Below, piece by piece: positions 25,931 to 40,437 of a DNA stretch of 64,000 nt. The notes beneath the pieces were generated by a model. That model was not told where the DNA came from, did no database searches, and was given only the letters and a program-made list of their open reading frames with translations. The stretch is from the human T2T-CHM13v2.0 reference genome, Homo sapiens. The translations under genes and the position numbers were made by a program. The stretch lies in assembly GCF_009914755.1 (NCBI RefSeq), contig NC_060932.1. One strand, written 5' to 3'. Each line of letters opens with the position of its first letter. The stretch's first letter is position 1.

Positions 25931-28581
25931 ATCCATGCAATTCTTTGTTCCAGTAGTAACATTTAGGTTTAGGTTTAGATTTAGGTTAGTGCGAATGCTG
26001 ATATTGGAGCTGAATACATGGATGCCTACAGAAATGGTCAAAGTTTTTCACCAAATCTTTCTCTGCATGAAACACAGTATCTTAAGGATTTGGGTATTTT
26101 TAAGAGAAATTGAAAGTGAAGCTGAGAAAAAAAAGAGAAAGAATGAAAGATGTGAATAGCATAATTTCTCATTCTTTCCATAGTTCACTGCAGTTTTAGT
26201 GCCATCTATTAGTCTTTTGTTAATGGAAATATAGTGAGGATTCTGCTGAATACTTTTCTTGATTTTTCCCTCCTGTTTTTAATCTTAGTTCTATCTATTT
26301 ACGTGATGTAAAGAATATTTTACCAGTATTATTCACAGCCTGAGATATAAATTACCTAATTCAGAAGAATGTCTGGAGCTTATCAAAATTTTTGTAATTA
26401 CTGAGGCCAAAGTACTACTATGAAATCATTAGGAGCAGTGCCTCTAATATTTCTAGCACTTTATTTTTAACAAATTGGAAGACTTTTTTGAAAATCAACA
26501 ACCTATCTTAATGTATCAAGTTCATCAAACTCTGATTTCTCTTAAGTTTTGATTCATTTTTAATCTATAAAAATCTGCATACATTAAAGAAACAGGATTC
26601 ATTTGACTTGAATTAATTTTCCCATCTAATAGGGCCTCCTTATTATCGTAACTTTGATTATCTACTTTCTGTTCTTTGCTTAAAGGAAGTACAGCCTTAG
26701 TTTTCAAAAATGCATTTTCAGATACAGCTATTTAAAATCAAAACCACCCCTTTAGAATATTCAGTGTTCTACATGAGAAGTCTTATAGCTGGGCTGCAAT
26801 TCCCGGAAAATATTAAGGTATAGTAAGATGATGCTTTCTTCTGTGTCACTTTTTCCTTTGTTTTTATAAGTTGCAACAGTAGTTTATACCATATATTCCA
26901 GAATTTCCCCAATAAGTCAGAGTTACTTTTGGAATGATACTTATGATTCAGGAGCAGGTTTACCAGGTTATTATTCAGATCATTGGAAATGTCTAATATG
27001 ATGTCATCACCTGTCAAGAGAACTTAATATAAATACAGTCTCTGTCTGCAGATGTCAACCTGGCCTGATTTTAATTGCGATATCAACCCATTTATAACAT
27101 CTTGAAAAGGGGCACTTACCTAGACATTTAAACTTTGATTCTTTCCCCCTGAAGAATTTGCCTCTGGACAAGATGCTTTGGGAAAAGAAGCTAACAAACT
27201 TAAAGAATAGATAAATATGAGTTTTCTAAAGGGTAAGGAAAAATAAGAGGAAAATTTTGATTTTCCTGTGGCTTTCACTAAATATAATTTCAAATGAGCC
27301 AACCTAGATAAGTTGCTCAGGAAGGTAAATTGTCTGGTGAACTTAAAATGCTGATGTTTTTATAAATAATGGGTTTTTGCATATGTTGTTGACAGCTGCT
27401 ATCATTTCTGACACAGAAGAACAGACAATATTCCATAACCCTGAAAAAGTAGTGTATTCTAAGAAAAATAGGAATACAGGGTAGAAAATGTTTATTTACC
27501 TTTTTACTGGCTGGATTTGGAGTTGATACCCGTTAGTCAAGTTCTGACAGAATCCATGTGGATGTGGATGCTTAATAGATTTTGTTTGGTGATGGTGGGG
27601 GAGCGGGGGATATTCCTGCAGCTGTTTTTCCTCTGAGGCCAAAAGAGTATCAAATCCTTTTAACTAGACTCCCAGCCCCCATTTGTGATAAACATAGTAG
27701 GCTGCCTCACCAGCACAGGCAACACATAAGGTTCAGTTTCCTTCCGCGGGGAGATAAGAGGATCTTAACGGTGGCTCTGAGTGCTGCATTTCCCATTTCA
27801 TGCTCGGTGCATATAACTTAGGTGAACTCTCTTCATGTCATGGATTTTTTAACAAGCCCACACTGCCCTTTCTAAGATACAACACTCCCCATTTCCCCCA
27901 AATGTGTCATGCTAATTGCTTTAAACTATATTGAATGCTTAAATTCAGTAATCCAAGTTGTATATTTTTAATTGTTTGTATCCAACTGATTAAATTCTGC
28001 TGTCTCTACGTAAATAGTACTACAAAATATCTATGTTTACCTTTCTGAAATTCAAGATATAGTTGTCAGTTTTATTATGAAATCACTTAACATGTATTGA
28101 TTACCCAGATGTGAACTAGTGCCCATTGAAACAAGATGAAACATTAGGGCCCCAGTTAAAATTATACAAGATGTTAATCCTGCCAGGGATGCATTCGCCA
28201 TGCACACCAAAAGATCCCTGTTTTATTAAGCCTCTAACAAATAAAAGTGATGCCTTTCATTGATCAAAATTGTATGGGAAACATATTCCTTATTTGCCAC
28301 TAGATGCTACAGTTGCAGATTTAATAGTTTATGAACAAGAGCACTTTTTAAATAAATAATTATATTTAGTAATTATGATGAGCATATATAAACTTGATTT
28401 TTAAAAATTAAACAATGTAGTAGACTGTTCAATATGAAATATTAAACTCTCTTTTTTTTTTAAATTTGAGAACCAGTTCCTGGAAGTCATACCACTATCT
28501 CTTCCTTGTGTATTTCCCAGATAGCTTTCTTTATGCATATGAGCTCATCACATACACACATACACACCCGGGAATATATAC

Positions 28582-28987
28582 CCAAATTGCTCTTGACTTA
28601 ATATGGTTCTACTTAATGATTTTTCAACTTTATGGTGGTGTGAAAGCAATGCACATTCAGTGGAAACCATACTTTGAATTTTGAATTTTGATCTTTTCCC
28701 AGACTAGAGATATGCAAGCATGATACCCTCTCTCAATGCTGGGCAGCAGCAGCGAGCTCCCAGTCAACCATGTGACCACGAGAGGAAATAAATGATTCTC
28801 TACATTTTTCTCATGATTTTGTCCAACTATAGGCTAATGCAAGTATTCTGAGAACATTTAAGATAGGTTAGACTAAGCGATGATGTCCAGTAGGTTAGGC
28901 TTATAAATGAAATTTTGACTTATACAAATTTTAGCTTACAATGGGGTTATCAAGAGGCAACCGCTTTGCATGTGGAGTAGCATCTGT
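28582..28987 (-). mobile_element. MER47-family (Tigger5-derived) DNA transposon
   Basis: atgatttttcaactttatggtggtgtgaaagcaatgcacattcagtggaaacc...ccaactataggctaatg...aggttagactaagcgatgatg...gcatctg then TA. Confidence 0.85.
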
Positions 28988-29027
28988 ACACAAACACACA
29001 CACACACAGAGACACACACACACACAC
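28988..29027. repeat. Interrupted (CA)n microsatellite
   Basis: acacaaacacacacacacacagagacacacacacacacac. Confidence 0.9.
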
Positions 29028-29866
29028 TGCCTCTTTGACTTGATAATGTATCAACACAAGCAATCTATCATGCAATATATTTCATGATGCCTGCTTACTA
29101 TTCTATTACATGAGTTTATTATATTTTAAGTAAATGCCCCTCTATTAAATGTGTTAGGTTTATAATGCAAAGAATTTTGCAATGGACATCTGTGGAATAT
29201 ATCTTTGTATTCATGGGTAAATATATCCATAGGCTAAAAATGTATTCTAAAAGCTGAAATACAAGACCAAGGATATAAGGGCATGTGGAAGCTTTTTGTT
29301 TTATATAGATTATTTTCTTTATCACCTGATTTCATAATATATTGATTGCTTATCTAAATTTGAAATCTATTAAGTCAGATGAAACAAAAGGAAAAAATCT
29401 AGTTTAAGTAAAATAATGTTATAGAACTTTTTTATTTTTAAAATGCCTATGTTGACACAATTAAACTTAACACTTCCTGTAAGGCCAGAAAGTTAAAGCA
29501 TTATTCATAAAACACATTTTCTACCCCATTATTTCCTGAGACATGAAAGACAGTAAACTTTTTTCTGTCTTTGGATTCAGAATTTATACTTTCCAGGATA
29601 TATACAGGGTAACAGTCCTTCAAGCCTAAGCTCTTTATATTTGTTCTCCTTGGGTTCACTCCTAATTGAACTCTCTTGTAGTTACAAACTAGCTGCATTT
29701 CCAACAACATCCATAGAGTGAATTTGTGACCAAATTATAACCTTTTATGACTTCCCAGGAAGTGAGAATGCTAACAGGTTAACCATTCCCAACATATTTC
29801 AAACCCCACATCATTCCATTTCAGGCCACAAAGCTTGGGTAAGAATGTAAATTTTTTTTAAAAAAA

Positions 29867-30338
29867 TGTCCTAAAAAAATAAATAGGTAAAAAGACTTTA
29901 TTCAAGACTATAGTAATAGAGGACGGAAGTTGAACTCAACTCTGCTAAAACAAAAAGCAGGAATTATTTTTAAGTGCTGGAATGAGCTAATTAAAAAGAA
30001 CCTGAAGGACTGGAGAGGCAAGGTTGGTTGATGTGATTAGACCATCTGCGTTTGCTAATTGTCCATTATAGAAGTTAGACTTCTACCCTCCTGCAGACTG
30101 GGAGATAGGGTACTGTCTTCCCTGATGATTCCATTTCAAAGGGATGGCTCCCAAGTCCTTAAGAAAGACATTACTGGGTCGTAGAAGATTTACATTCCAA
30201 AGGGGTAGAGAAAGAATTTACAACTACAAGTTTTCTAAAGCAAATGCTCTAAGTAAAGAGAAGTCAGAGCCTATAGTCAGGAAGAAACCTGTCTATGATT
30301 CAGTCAAACTGAGAGGAACAGAAAGGTTCTCTTGGTCA
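29867..30338 (-). mobile_element. ERV1 solo LTR (MER31-like)
   Basis: gatttacattccaaaggggtagagaaagaatttacaactacaagttttctaaagcaaatgctctaag...ctatagtcaggaagaaacctgtct...agtcaaactgag...cttggtca. Confidence 0.82.
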
Positions 30339-31072
30339 TGTGGAGGTTATAAAGACCATGAAATAATCAAAGATTAGAGAAATATGAGAATGTCTTAATT
30401 CAGATTGTGATGGTTTACACTAGTAAAGTACACAAAATTTATGTAAATGTAAAGTGTATGCTTAAATGGTGCATGATATAAATTATGTAGGAGTCATTTA
30501 TAATAATTACATGTCATTTATATCTTTGGTAAAGTTGGCAAACCATTATTTGTAAACCCACACTTAAGGATTTGGTATTTTAGTGAAAATTTTTAAGATT
30601 ACACAAAATGAAGTTTTAATGTAGTCCCTGGAGTTATAAATATATTTCACCTAAACCTAATATAAGTGACAATTAATATTGATAATTTAGCAGACATATT
30701 TAAATAAGTTTGAACTGCCATCTGCTTGATAGATTAGAAACATATTTTCTAATTTTTGAATAAATTTTAAAAATACATGGATACTTCTTGACTTTTCAAG
30801 AATTACGTTCTTAAGCTTTCATAACAAATCTAGAAAGTCAAAGTCCTTGTAAACTAATAATTACATAAGAAAGGAAAAGCATCAATTTATACTTCTACAA
30901 AAATTGTCCAACTTCTATTTAAAGATTAAATATATTAGCTGGGATTAACATTTAAATTATTTTAATAATGAGAACAAAATCATTGGTAGGAAATACAACA
31001 AATTAGACCTTAACAAATTATATTCTGAATTATTGCAAACTTCTGTTTTTGGGGAGAATAAATTTCTGTCAG

Positions 31073-31912
<840 letters not shown>

Positions 31913-32851
31913 AAGAGAAGCACTTCAAAACAAGTTAGATATATTTATTATGTAACTTATGTCAGTATGCCAACTGCAAAAGCAAAGTTGTGTTTTTCAC
32001 CAAGATTATACATTGATAAACATTTTTTTATGATTAAACATGAACTCCGTGGACAATTTTATAAAGAATGTGATTTTTTTTGGAAACTGTAATATTAAAA
32101 GACATACTTGTGCCAGATTTTTCCTATGTTTTATATAATTATAACTTTTAAAACCAATTGTTTGGAATTTCCAAAGCTTTGACATAGTTCTAAAAAATCT
32201 TGAATAACTTAGCTCATTTCTAACATAAATGTCTACAAAAGGGAGGGAAGATTTAAAGCTTTCATTATGGAAAACAAAAATCACTATGGAAATGTCTGTC
32301 TACATATAAATGATCTAATATATCACTGATTAGGAAAGGATAATTGCACTTTTTCAAAACCTTACAAACTCTTTACAAATCCAGACACTCAAACAGGTTT
32401 ACAAAAATTGCATTTTATCAGGAAACTTCTAGTCCTTCTAAGATAATTGGTATAGGAAGGTGGGCTCATATAATATCATAGAAAAGAAAAGCATGGATTT
32501 ACCATCAGTCTGGAAAGTAAATAAACACTTCTGCAACAACTCTTAATGCCTATGGCACTTTTTCTGTATTGTTTAACCAAGTAACTTTATATTTAATGAA
32601 GTATTAACCCATTTATTAACTGTATAAATTAATGTTGGAATGTCCAGTCTCATTCAAATCTAAAAATATGAGTTTTAATACCTGTTTGAAGTATTCATGT
32701 GAAAATAAACATTATGCCAGTTGTTCATGAGGATAGTAATTTGTTCTCTACAAGAATGCTTGATCATGTCACACATCTTTCTCAAGATGGATAAATCTAT
32801 TTTGTAGAACTTACTTGAAACATTTTGTTTTGTTGTTATATGAAAAGATTG

Positions 32852-33112
32852 TCCCAGCACTTTGAGAGGCTGAGGCGGGAGGATTACTTGAGCCCACGAA
32901 TTTCAAAACCAGCCTGGGTAACATGGCAAGACCCTGTCTCAACAACAACAATAACAATAATAATATTAATAAAAATATCTGGGTGTGGTGGCTTATGACT
33001 ATAGTCTGAGGCAGGAGGATCCTTTGAGCCCAGGAGGTTGAGGCTGCAGTCAGCCATGTTTGCACCACTGCACACCAGCATGGGTTGCAAACTGAGGTCC
33101 CAGAAAAAAAAA
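32852..33112 (+). mobile_element. AluJ SINE (5'-truncated, internal deletion)
   Basis: ggaggattacttgagccc...gaggatcctttgagcccaggaggttgaggctgcagt; linker expanded to (CAA/TAA)n. Confidence 0.92.
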
Positions 33113-35509
33113 TTTATATGTATTATATAAAGAGACTGTAAATGTACATGAAGTATAGATCACTTTATGACATAAGCTAAGTCAAATCCACCCAAACAAT
33201 GTCAAAACTTAAAACAAAGGCTTTTCTTGTAATAGTGGGTTGGGCTTATATGCTCTTAGAGGGACTTGTATGAGCTACTGGCTTCATATTTGGAGCGAAA
33301 AATTCTTTCCACTGTCATTACTATATCTTTCAAATTAACTTTCCTTGGCTTAACTACACTCCACTCAAAGTCTTTTGTGAAAGTGGAGATTCTGATCACT
33401 CAAAACATTGTGTGCATACGTGTGTGCAGCTTTTATTGGAAACCCAGTTAGTTCTTTGAAGGTTTTAAATTATGTGGTTTCAAACTCAGGGAAATGATGA
33501 TTTGTATCTATTTGTCTTTTTAATCATTACAGGTTTTCTTAGTTTTATTTCTAATGGCATCTTATCCATAATTTATGGTTCGTTTCTAGCTCTAAATCTG
33601 AATAAATCCTAAACTGTGAAAGATCTCATTACATCTGGTGATGGCATTTATTTGTCAACAACAAGAAATAAAAACAGTTTCACTATGGTTTACACATCAT
33701 ACCACTTCTGATTTCCACGTATTTCTCGTCTATTTTGGATAAGCAGCATAACTTTCTATCCCTGCTACTTCTTGATCAGCATATCTAATGAAAATGACTA
33801 TTTTTAAATTAAGATTTACACCTAATACTTGTAAGATAACAAGTTAGTTGTAAAATATAAGATGCTTTATCTTTCAAAGTATGATATATGACATAGAAGA
33901 ACTCCCAAATGCTTAGTATTATAATTTTTAGTCAGACATCAGGTTTCATATTTGGTTATAAATTAAAGTTATATGAAAGGGAACAGAATTTATATTTTTT
34001 AAATATCTTTTGAATTCCACTAATGTTTTTTTCCATTAATATTTATTTAGCATCTATTATATGCTACTTCCTGAACTAGGAACTGAATAAGCAATAAATA
34101 TTTTATCCATTTGAACAGTGACTTAAATTACATAATATAGATACCACCAAAATACTGTGAAATCACAACATAGAGATGATTGTAAGTATGTATAAACATT
34201 AACTGTCTACTTTAACACCAGGCCATTTCATGGTGAAGGACATTAATTGATCTTAATCTTCAACTGACAACAAACCTTCTGTCCTCATCTGAGCTTTGAG
34301 TCCCCTAAAGACAAACCACGAGATGAGAGTGAAATACCATAAAAATGCTAAGTTTCAGGATATCGCTTCAGTGTACGTCAATAATGGTCTTTTAAAATCC
34401 TAAACTTCAAAATTAGGCTGATGTGTTTATTTACTTGGTCCCAGGAAGAGAACAACTTCAGGCCATACTATGTGATGGCCATATCTATAAAAACTTATGT
34501 CATGAACAGGTCCCCAGAAACAAAGTAGGAGCAAAAAGCTGAGCCATGCATGCCAATTCCTCTCCCGAACTCATCAATTTGGTAATTTATTTCAACTCCT
34601 TGAAAGGAATAGGATGCAGCCTATGACCAGGAACTATTAAGGAATAGCATTTCTTGTGGATACTATAGGAGTATGGAAAACAGTGTACCACAAATATGTA
34701 TGTAGAAAATCCTAAATGTTAGTGTAATTACTTTTATCTGGAAACCCCAGTACATCCACATCAGCCTTTAAACATCACCAGATATAAGCATGGTGCCACT
34801 ATAGCTTAATTGATTGATCTTCTAGATTTCAGCACGAAAGCAGTTCTCTTTGCTCAGCTACTATCAAATCTGCACTATCAAATGTTTCAAACACTCTTGG
34901 TAGCCTTCCACTGCCATCATTTATAAGTAAAAATGAGAAAAAACATGTTTTCTACTCCTTGAGTAAATGAAAATTAACCGGTCTTTTCTCAAAAGAGGAT
35001 AATTTGAAACTCTTCCTGACAGCTGAAATGTTTTATTCCTGCTGAGAACTGTTTAAAACTCTTCTCCAACAAAAATAACCATCCATAATTTCGTTATCTG
35101 TGCTACTGTTTATAAAATAATAAAGTGGAAACTTAAATAAACAAAGATAAATAAAAAGCAGATGTTTGACTAAAGCCTTACATAATTCTGCAGAACACAG
35201 AGATTTTTAGGGGCAAAGGCTGTGGCAATTGAGAAATAAAGGCTTTTGTTTTGTTCTTTATGAAAAGATAAAGATGGTTTTTTTAAAAAAGGGAAAGGAA
35301 AGAAAATCCCAGTACACATTTGCACAGTGGCTTGTGAACATAACACTTTTTGTGGATCATATTTTAAATTCCCTAAGGAAACATCTAAGTACTCGCGACT
35401 ACCTGACAATCATCATTCCCAAATATAGATCCAGTTGACTGTTGCTTCCATTCTCCACCACAGATGTTGTAAGACTTTTTCCAAGCTTTCCTCTCATCCT
35501 GGTGCCCTT

Positions 35510-36240
35510 TCTACTTAGCAGATGACCTATTTCCTGCCTTATCAAAAATAAATACTAGCATGTGCTTTCTCCAGTTCCCTCCCAACTACTTTCATCTCTT
35601 CACCTGGTCTTAAATCTTTCTAGTCTTCCTACTTTTTTCAAAAGCTAAAGTTGCATGTGGGGGCTCTGCCCCCATCTCCACATCATTTCTGTTTCCTCTC
35701 AATGTCAGCCCCATGTATTTTTCTTTTTTTTTTTTTTTAATCATACGGTGTTAATTTCTACTCCTACAGTAGTTCCTACCGTTATTATGCCCAGGTCTTC
35801 CTGATCCTTGAAACTCTTCCTCATTTACCAAGGCTTTAATACTACTGATCATGTCTCCTTATGAAATCTCCCCTGAGCTTCTGCAATGCTCCTCTATTGA
35901 TTCTCTTAAATGTTTTTCTTTCTTTTTTTTTTCAATAGCTCCTTTTACTCTGGAGGTTTGTTAATTACTATTGTTCTATTGTAAACACCTTTCTATTTGA
36001 CCTATAAATACTATCTCTGGATCATCTCAAATATAATCTTTACTTGACTGACTACCAGGAGTAGTAGACTTCCAAATTAATTCCCAACAGATTGTTCCAA
36101 GTCCTGTCTCTTTTGAGGTCCAGGCAAGCATTTCTAATTACTGACTAGACATCTCTACCTTGATATTCCATAGATACCTACAACTGAGCAAGCTTTAGGA
36201 AAAGGAACAAATATTTATTCTCCCACTGTTTCCATTTCCA
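35510..36240 (+). mobile_element. L2 LINE fragments
   Basis: cttagcagatgacct...ctactgatcatgtctcctt...gacttccaaatt...gaggtccagg...ctgactagacatctctaccttgatattccatagatacct. Confidence 0.65.
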
Positions 36241-36358
36241 ACTGGAAAAACACCCCTTAGTATAACCCTTTCTGTGGAGAGGCAAAACATCTGAATTAAT
36301 AGGTGACTTTGATAGACATTGTGGGCCTCCAGGTCTCATTTGTTTTGGGGACCTGTTT

Positions 36359-36373
36359 GCCAGCAGGGAGCAT
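36359..36373 (+). promoter_or_regulatory. Candidate CTCF motif
   Basis: GCCAGCAGGGAGCAT versus the CTCF core CCASCAGGGGGCR (one core mismatch). Confidence 0.3.
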
Positions 36374-36714
36374 ATTTTCCATTCTGCTGCTTCATACCCT
36401 TAATTTTTGAAAGTTCAGACGATACGCTATGAGAGTTGGCATAAAGTTCTCTGGGAACACATATATAAAATGAATAATTGTGCCTGGTCAAAAGTAGAGG
36501 TCAGGAAATACCAATAAGAACCAGTGTAATTTAAAGACCAAGTACGTATTTTCCAGTACAAGGATAAAATCTCAGATATTTTAAATATAAGAAACAAAAA
36601 GTCAAGAATTAGCAGCAGAATAAATGATGTTTGAGGAAGATAAATCTTATTAGGTAAAGTATGAAACTTAACAGTAAGATACCTAGAAGCTTGAGGAGAA
36701 TATCTGTAAATTTA

Positions 36715-37130
36715 AGGATGAGCTGCAGATGAGGTCAGACAGGAAGACTGAAGGCTGATTACAAAAGTATTTGTATGCCGGGTTAGGGAATTTATATCCT
36801 AACTTGTAAGAACTGTGAAAACATAGGAGTCATTTAGTCTGTTATATAACAATAATTCATTTTGAATTTTCAAACAATATTATATCAGAATGGAATGGTA
36901 ATTTAAAGCATCACTGTTATATGTCCATGTCTAAAAGCAGTACCTGATTTACCACAGAGCTTGTTAAATACAGTTGCTGGTTGACTACACTGAGAAAATG
37001 GGGTGCGGGAGGCCAAGACACTGTTGAGAATGGTTTAAGGGATAGATGATGAAGTGCTTTACCCAAGTGGTGGTAGTAAAGACAGAGAAAAAATAAGGTA
37101 TGGAGTAGACTACTTGGAAAGATAATGGAG
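36715..37130 (-). mobile_element. L2 LINE fragment
   Basis: gatgaggtcagacagg...gatagatgatgaagtgctttacccaagtggtggtagtaaagacagagaa. Confidence 0.5.
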
Positions 37131-37164
37131 AACACTTTCAATAAGAAAGGGAGACTAACATGAT

Positions 37165-37345
37165 GTAGTATTTGTTACATGTCAGAAACTCTGTTTTGAC
37201 ATGTTCATTATTTAGTCCTCACAATAATGCTGTGAGGAAACTGAGATTCAGAAAGATTTGATTTGCTAAAGCTGCACTACTAGGAAGTGGTAGAGCATAA
37301 TTTAACTAATACTGTGGATTTAAATCATATACTCTTTTCACTTCA
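37165..37345 (-). mobile_element. MIR SINE fragment
   Basis: tttagtcctcacaataatgctgtgaggaaactgagattcagaaag...ctaggaagtggtagagc. Confidence 0.75.
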
Positions 37346-37609
37346 GCATTACTCCAATGGTGTCAATGTAGCTGTGCCCCTTAAAGAAAATGTCCATAGT
37401 TTCTGAAACTTGCTAAAATATTCTTAAGAAGATATCTTAATGGATTAGCAGCTTGTAGAGTGTGTGTTTCCTTGTCTGTTAGATATCCAAAGAGTCGTAA
37501 CCTAAAAAGTCACCATACTTCAGCTAAAATCATGATCTCTCTTTAATACATTTTTTATTCTCCACAACTTCAACTAACATGCCACTCTCCAAGCGATACT
37601 CCTAGAAAT

Positions 37610-37815
37610 AACTTCAGTCTCCCTAATTACTTTCACCCTCTCCATCCAGATAATCAACAAATCATGCCAACTTTTTCCTGGAAGTTCCTCAATCCATCTT
37701 TTCTTTTCCATGCTTGCACAGCTACAACCCCGGTTTAGACTCATCATTTCTCACACATATTACTGAAAATTCTTACTCTCTCATCTCCACCCTTGCTCCA
37801 CTCCAATACATTTTT
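37610..37815 (+). mobile_element. L2 LINE fragment
   Basis: catccagataatcaacaaatcatgcc...caatccatcttttcttttccat...catcatttctcac...ccttgctccactccaat. Confidence 0.55.
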
Positions 37816-38596
37816 ATCTTACTATGTCTCTATAAAATATATGAATCTAGCTTACTTAAATTAAGAAGAAAACCTTTTATTTAAGAAATAAAAAACATTA
37901 AAATTTTATCTTATAAGTTTTTCTTACAGAAAAAAATTTTACATTTCCTTTCCAAAGTAGTTGCAAGTAAATAAATGTAAACAAATACTAAATATAATTT
38001 TTTATTTAAATCTACCAAAGTTCATAGACCCTTGTGCATTGTGTCTTAGGATGGTTGAATATCAGTATTAGTTATAATTGTTATTTTACTTCATTATCTA
38101 ATCCCCCTACAGTCTTATCAATACTCATTTCTGAAGTAAAAGAAATAAAGACACCTTTCTTCATTAAAGTCTACAACATTTTGACTATCCTCCCCACTGA
38201 AATTGTGATCAAAAATATGCCAATTTTTTTGAATGCTTAACAATGCCGTATGTCAGGTATAGGAAGTTGGAAGAAGAAAACTGGTGGAAAAGAGAGAAAG
38301 AGGAGGTAGTCAGTTTACAAACTTGGTTAAAAACAGCATTTATGGTCTAAACATTTTATTCCCACTTCTGCTTTATTGAAGGCTATAATTTTGTCCGTGA
38401 GGATTCAACAATTCTTGAGGATGTAATTATTTCTATTTCTTCTAGATTTAATATGCAAGATTTGAGATAACTGAAGATTTTGTTTATTAAAGAGAATAAC
38501 TTTAAATAAAAATCCAAGATACATAGTTATTTAAAAATTTGATAAAGCTTTATCAAACCCTAGTCTTTTGGTTTGATTAAAGTATACCACATTTTT

Positions 38597-38976
<380 letters not shown>

Positions 38977-39092
38977 TCATCAAAAGAATCATTAAAAATA
39001 TTTACAATTCAAGTTTTATTATTAATGACTGCAACCATAAATTCAATTCCACAAAGCTACTATGCTAAGTATATATTGTCATTTTCTAATAG

Positions 39093-39392
39093 TTTTTTGT
39101 TTTGTTTTGTTTTGTTTTTTGAGACAGAGTCTTGCTCTGTTGCCCAGGCTGGAGTGCAGTGATGCAATCTTGGCTCACTGCAGCACCCGCCCCCAAGTTC
39201 AAGTGATTCTCTTGCCTCAGCCTCCCAAGTGGCTGGGATTACAGGTGTTCACCACCATGACTTGCTAATTTTTGTATTTTTAGTAGATACGGGGTTTCAC
39301 CATGTTGGCCAGGCTGGTCTTGAACTCCCGACCTCAGGTAATCCACCCACCTCAGCCTCCCAAAGTGCTGGGATTACAGGCTGAGCCCAGCC
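39093..39392 (-). mobile_element. AluS SINE with (TTTTG)n tail
   Basis: gagacagagtcttgctctgttgcccaggctggagtgcagtg...gacctcaggtaatccaccc...caaagtgctgggattacagg. Confidence 0.96.
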
Positions 39393-39409
39393 TATTTCTC
39401 AATAGTTTA

Positions 39410-40437
39410 TTTCGCTTAACTTTTACTTAAGGTTCAGAGGTACATGTGGAAAATTTTTATGTAGATAAACTCGTGTCATGGGATTTGATATACAGATTAT
39501 ATTATCACCCAGTAATAAGAATAGTACCCAATAAGTATTCTTCCTGATTCTTTCCCTCCTCCCACCCTCCCCCATGAAGTAACCCCCAGTACCTGTTGTT
39601 TCCTTCTTTGTGTTCATACGTTCTTATCATTTAGCTCCCACTTATAAGTGAGAACAGGTGGTAATTGGTTTTCTGTTCCTGAGTTAGTTTGCTAAAGATA
39701 ATGGCCTTCAGCTCCATTCATGTTGCTGCAAAGGACATGATCTCATTCTTTTTCATGGCTGCATAGTATTCCATAGGGTATATGTATCACATTCTTTTTA
39801 ATCCAGTCTATTGTTGATGGGCATTTCAGTTGAATCAATGTCTTTGCTATTGTGAATAGTGTTGCATTGAGCATTCATGTGCATGTATCTTTATGGCAGA
39901 ATGTTTTTATATTCCTTTGGGTATATACCCAACAATGGGATTTTTGGGTTGAATGGTAGTTTTGTTTTTAGTTCTTTGAGGTATTGCCACACTGCTTTCC
40001 ACAATGGTTGAACTAATTTGCATTCCCACCAGCAGTGTATAAGCATTGTCTTTTATCTCCAACCTTGCCAGCATTGGTTATGGTTTGACTTTTTAATAAA
40101 AGCAATTTTGACTGGAATGAGATGGTATCTCATTGTGGTTTTGATTTACATTTCTCTAATGATTAGTGATGTTGAGCATTTATTTATATGCTTGTTGGTC
40201 ACATATGTGTCTTCTTTTGAAAAGTGTCATGTCCCAAATTTGCATTTTCGACATTAAAGTTTACTTTTTAATAAAAAAAAAGTATCATGTCTTTTACCCA
40301 CTTTTTAATGGTGCTGTTTTTTTCCTGTAAATTTGTTTGTGTTCCTTATAGATGCCGGAACCTTTGTCAGATGTATAGTTTGCAAATATTTTCTCCTATT
40401 CTGCAGGTTGTCTGTTTTTTATTGAGATACTTTCTTT
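39410..40437 (-). mobile_element. L1PA15/16-like LINE-1 3' end
   Basis: aggttcagaggtacatgtg...catttagctcccacttataagtgagaac...gagatggtatctcattgtggttttgattt; interrupted at 40234-40277. Confidence 0.92.
40234..40277 (+). pseudogene. Tiny poly(A)-tailed retrocopy (3' end of an unidentified transcript) with 14-bp TSD
   Basis: ccaaatttgcattttcgacATTAAAgtttactttttaat plus A-tail, flanked by aaaagtgtcatgtc (40220-40233) and aaaagtatcatgtc (40278-40291). Confidence 0.7.

Noticed and set aside
25962-25989. (TTTAGG)4 telomere-like hexamers
   Set aside because: Not TTAGGG, only four imperfect units; a simple microsatellite rather than an interstitial telomere.
28296-28311. CTCF-like GCCACTAGATGCTACA
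   Set aside because: Lacks the GGC at the most informative 3' core positions.
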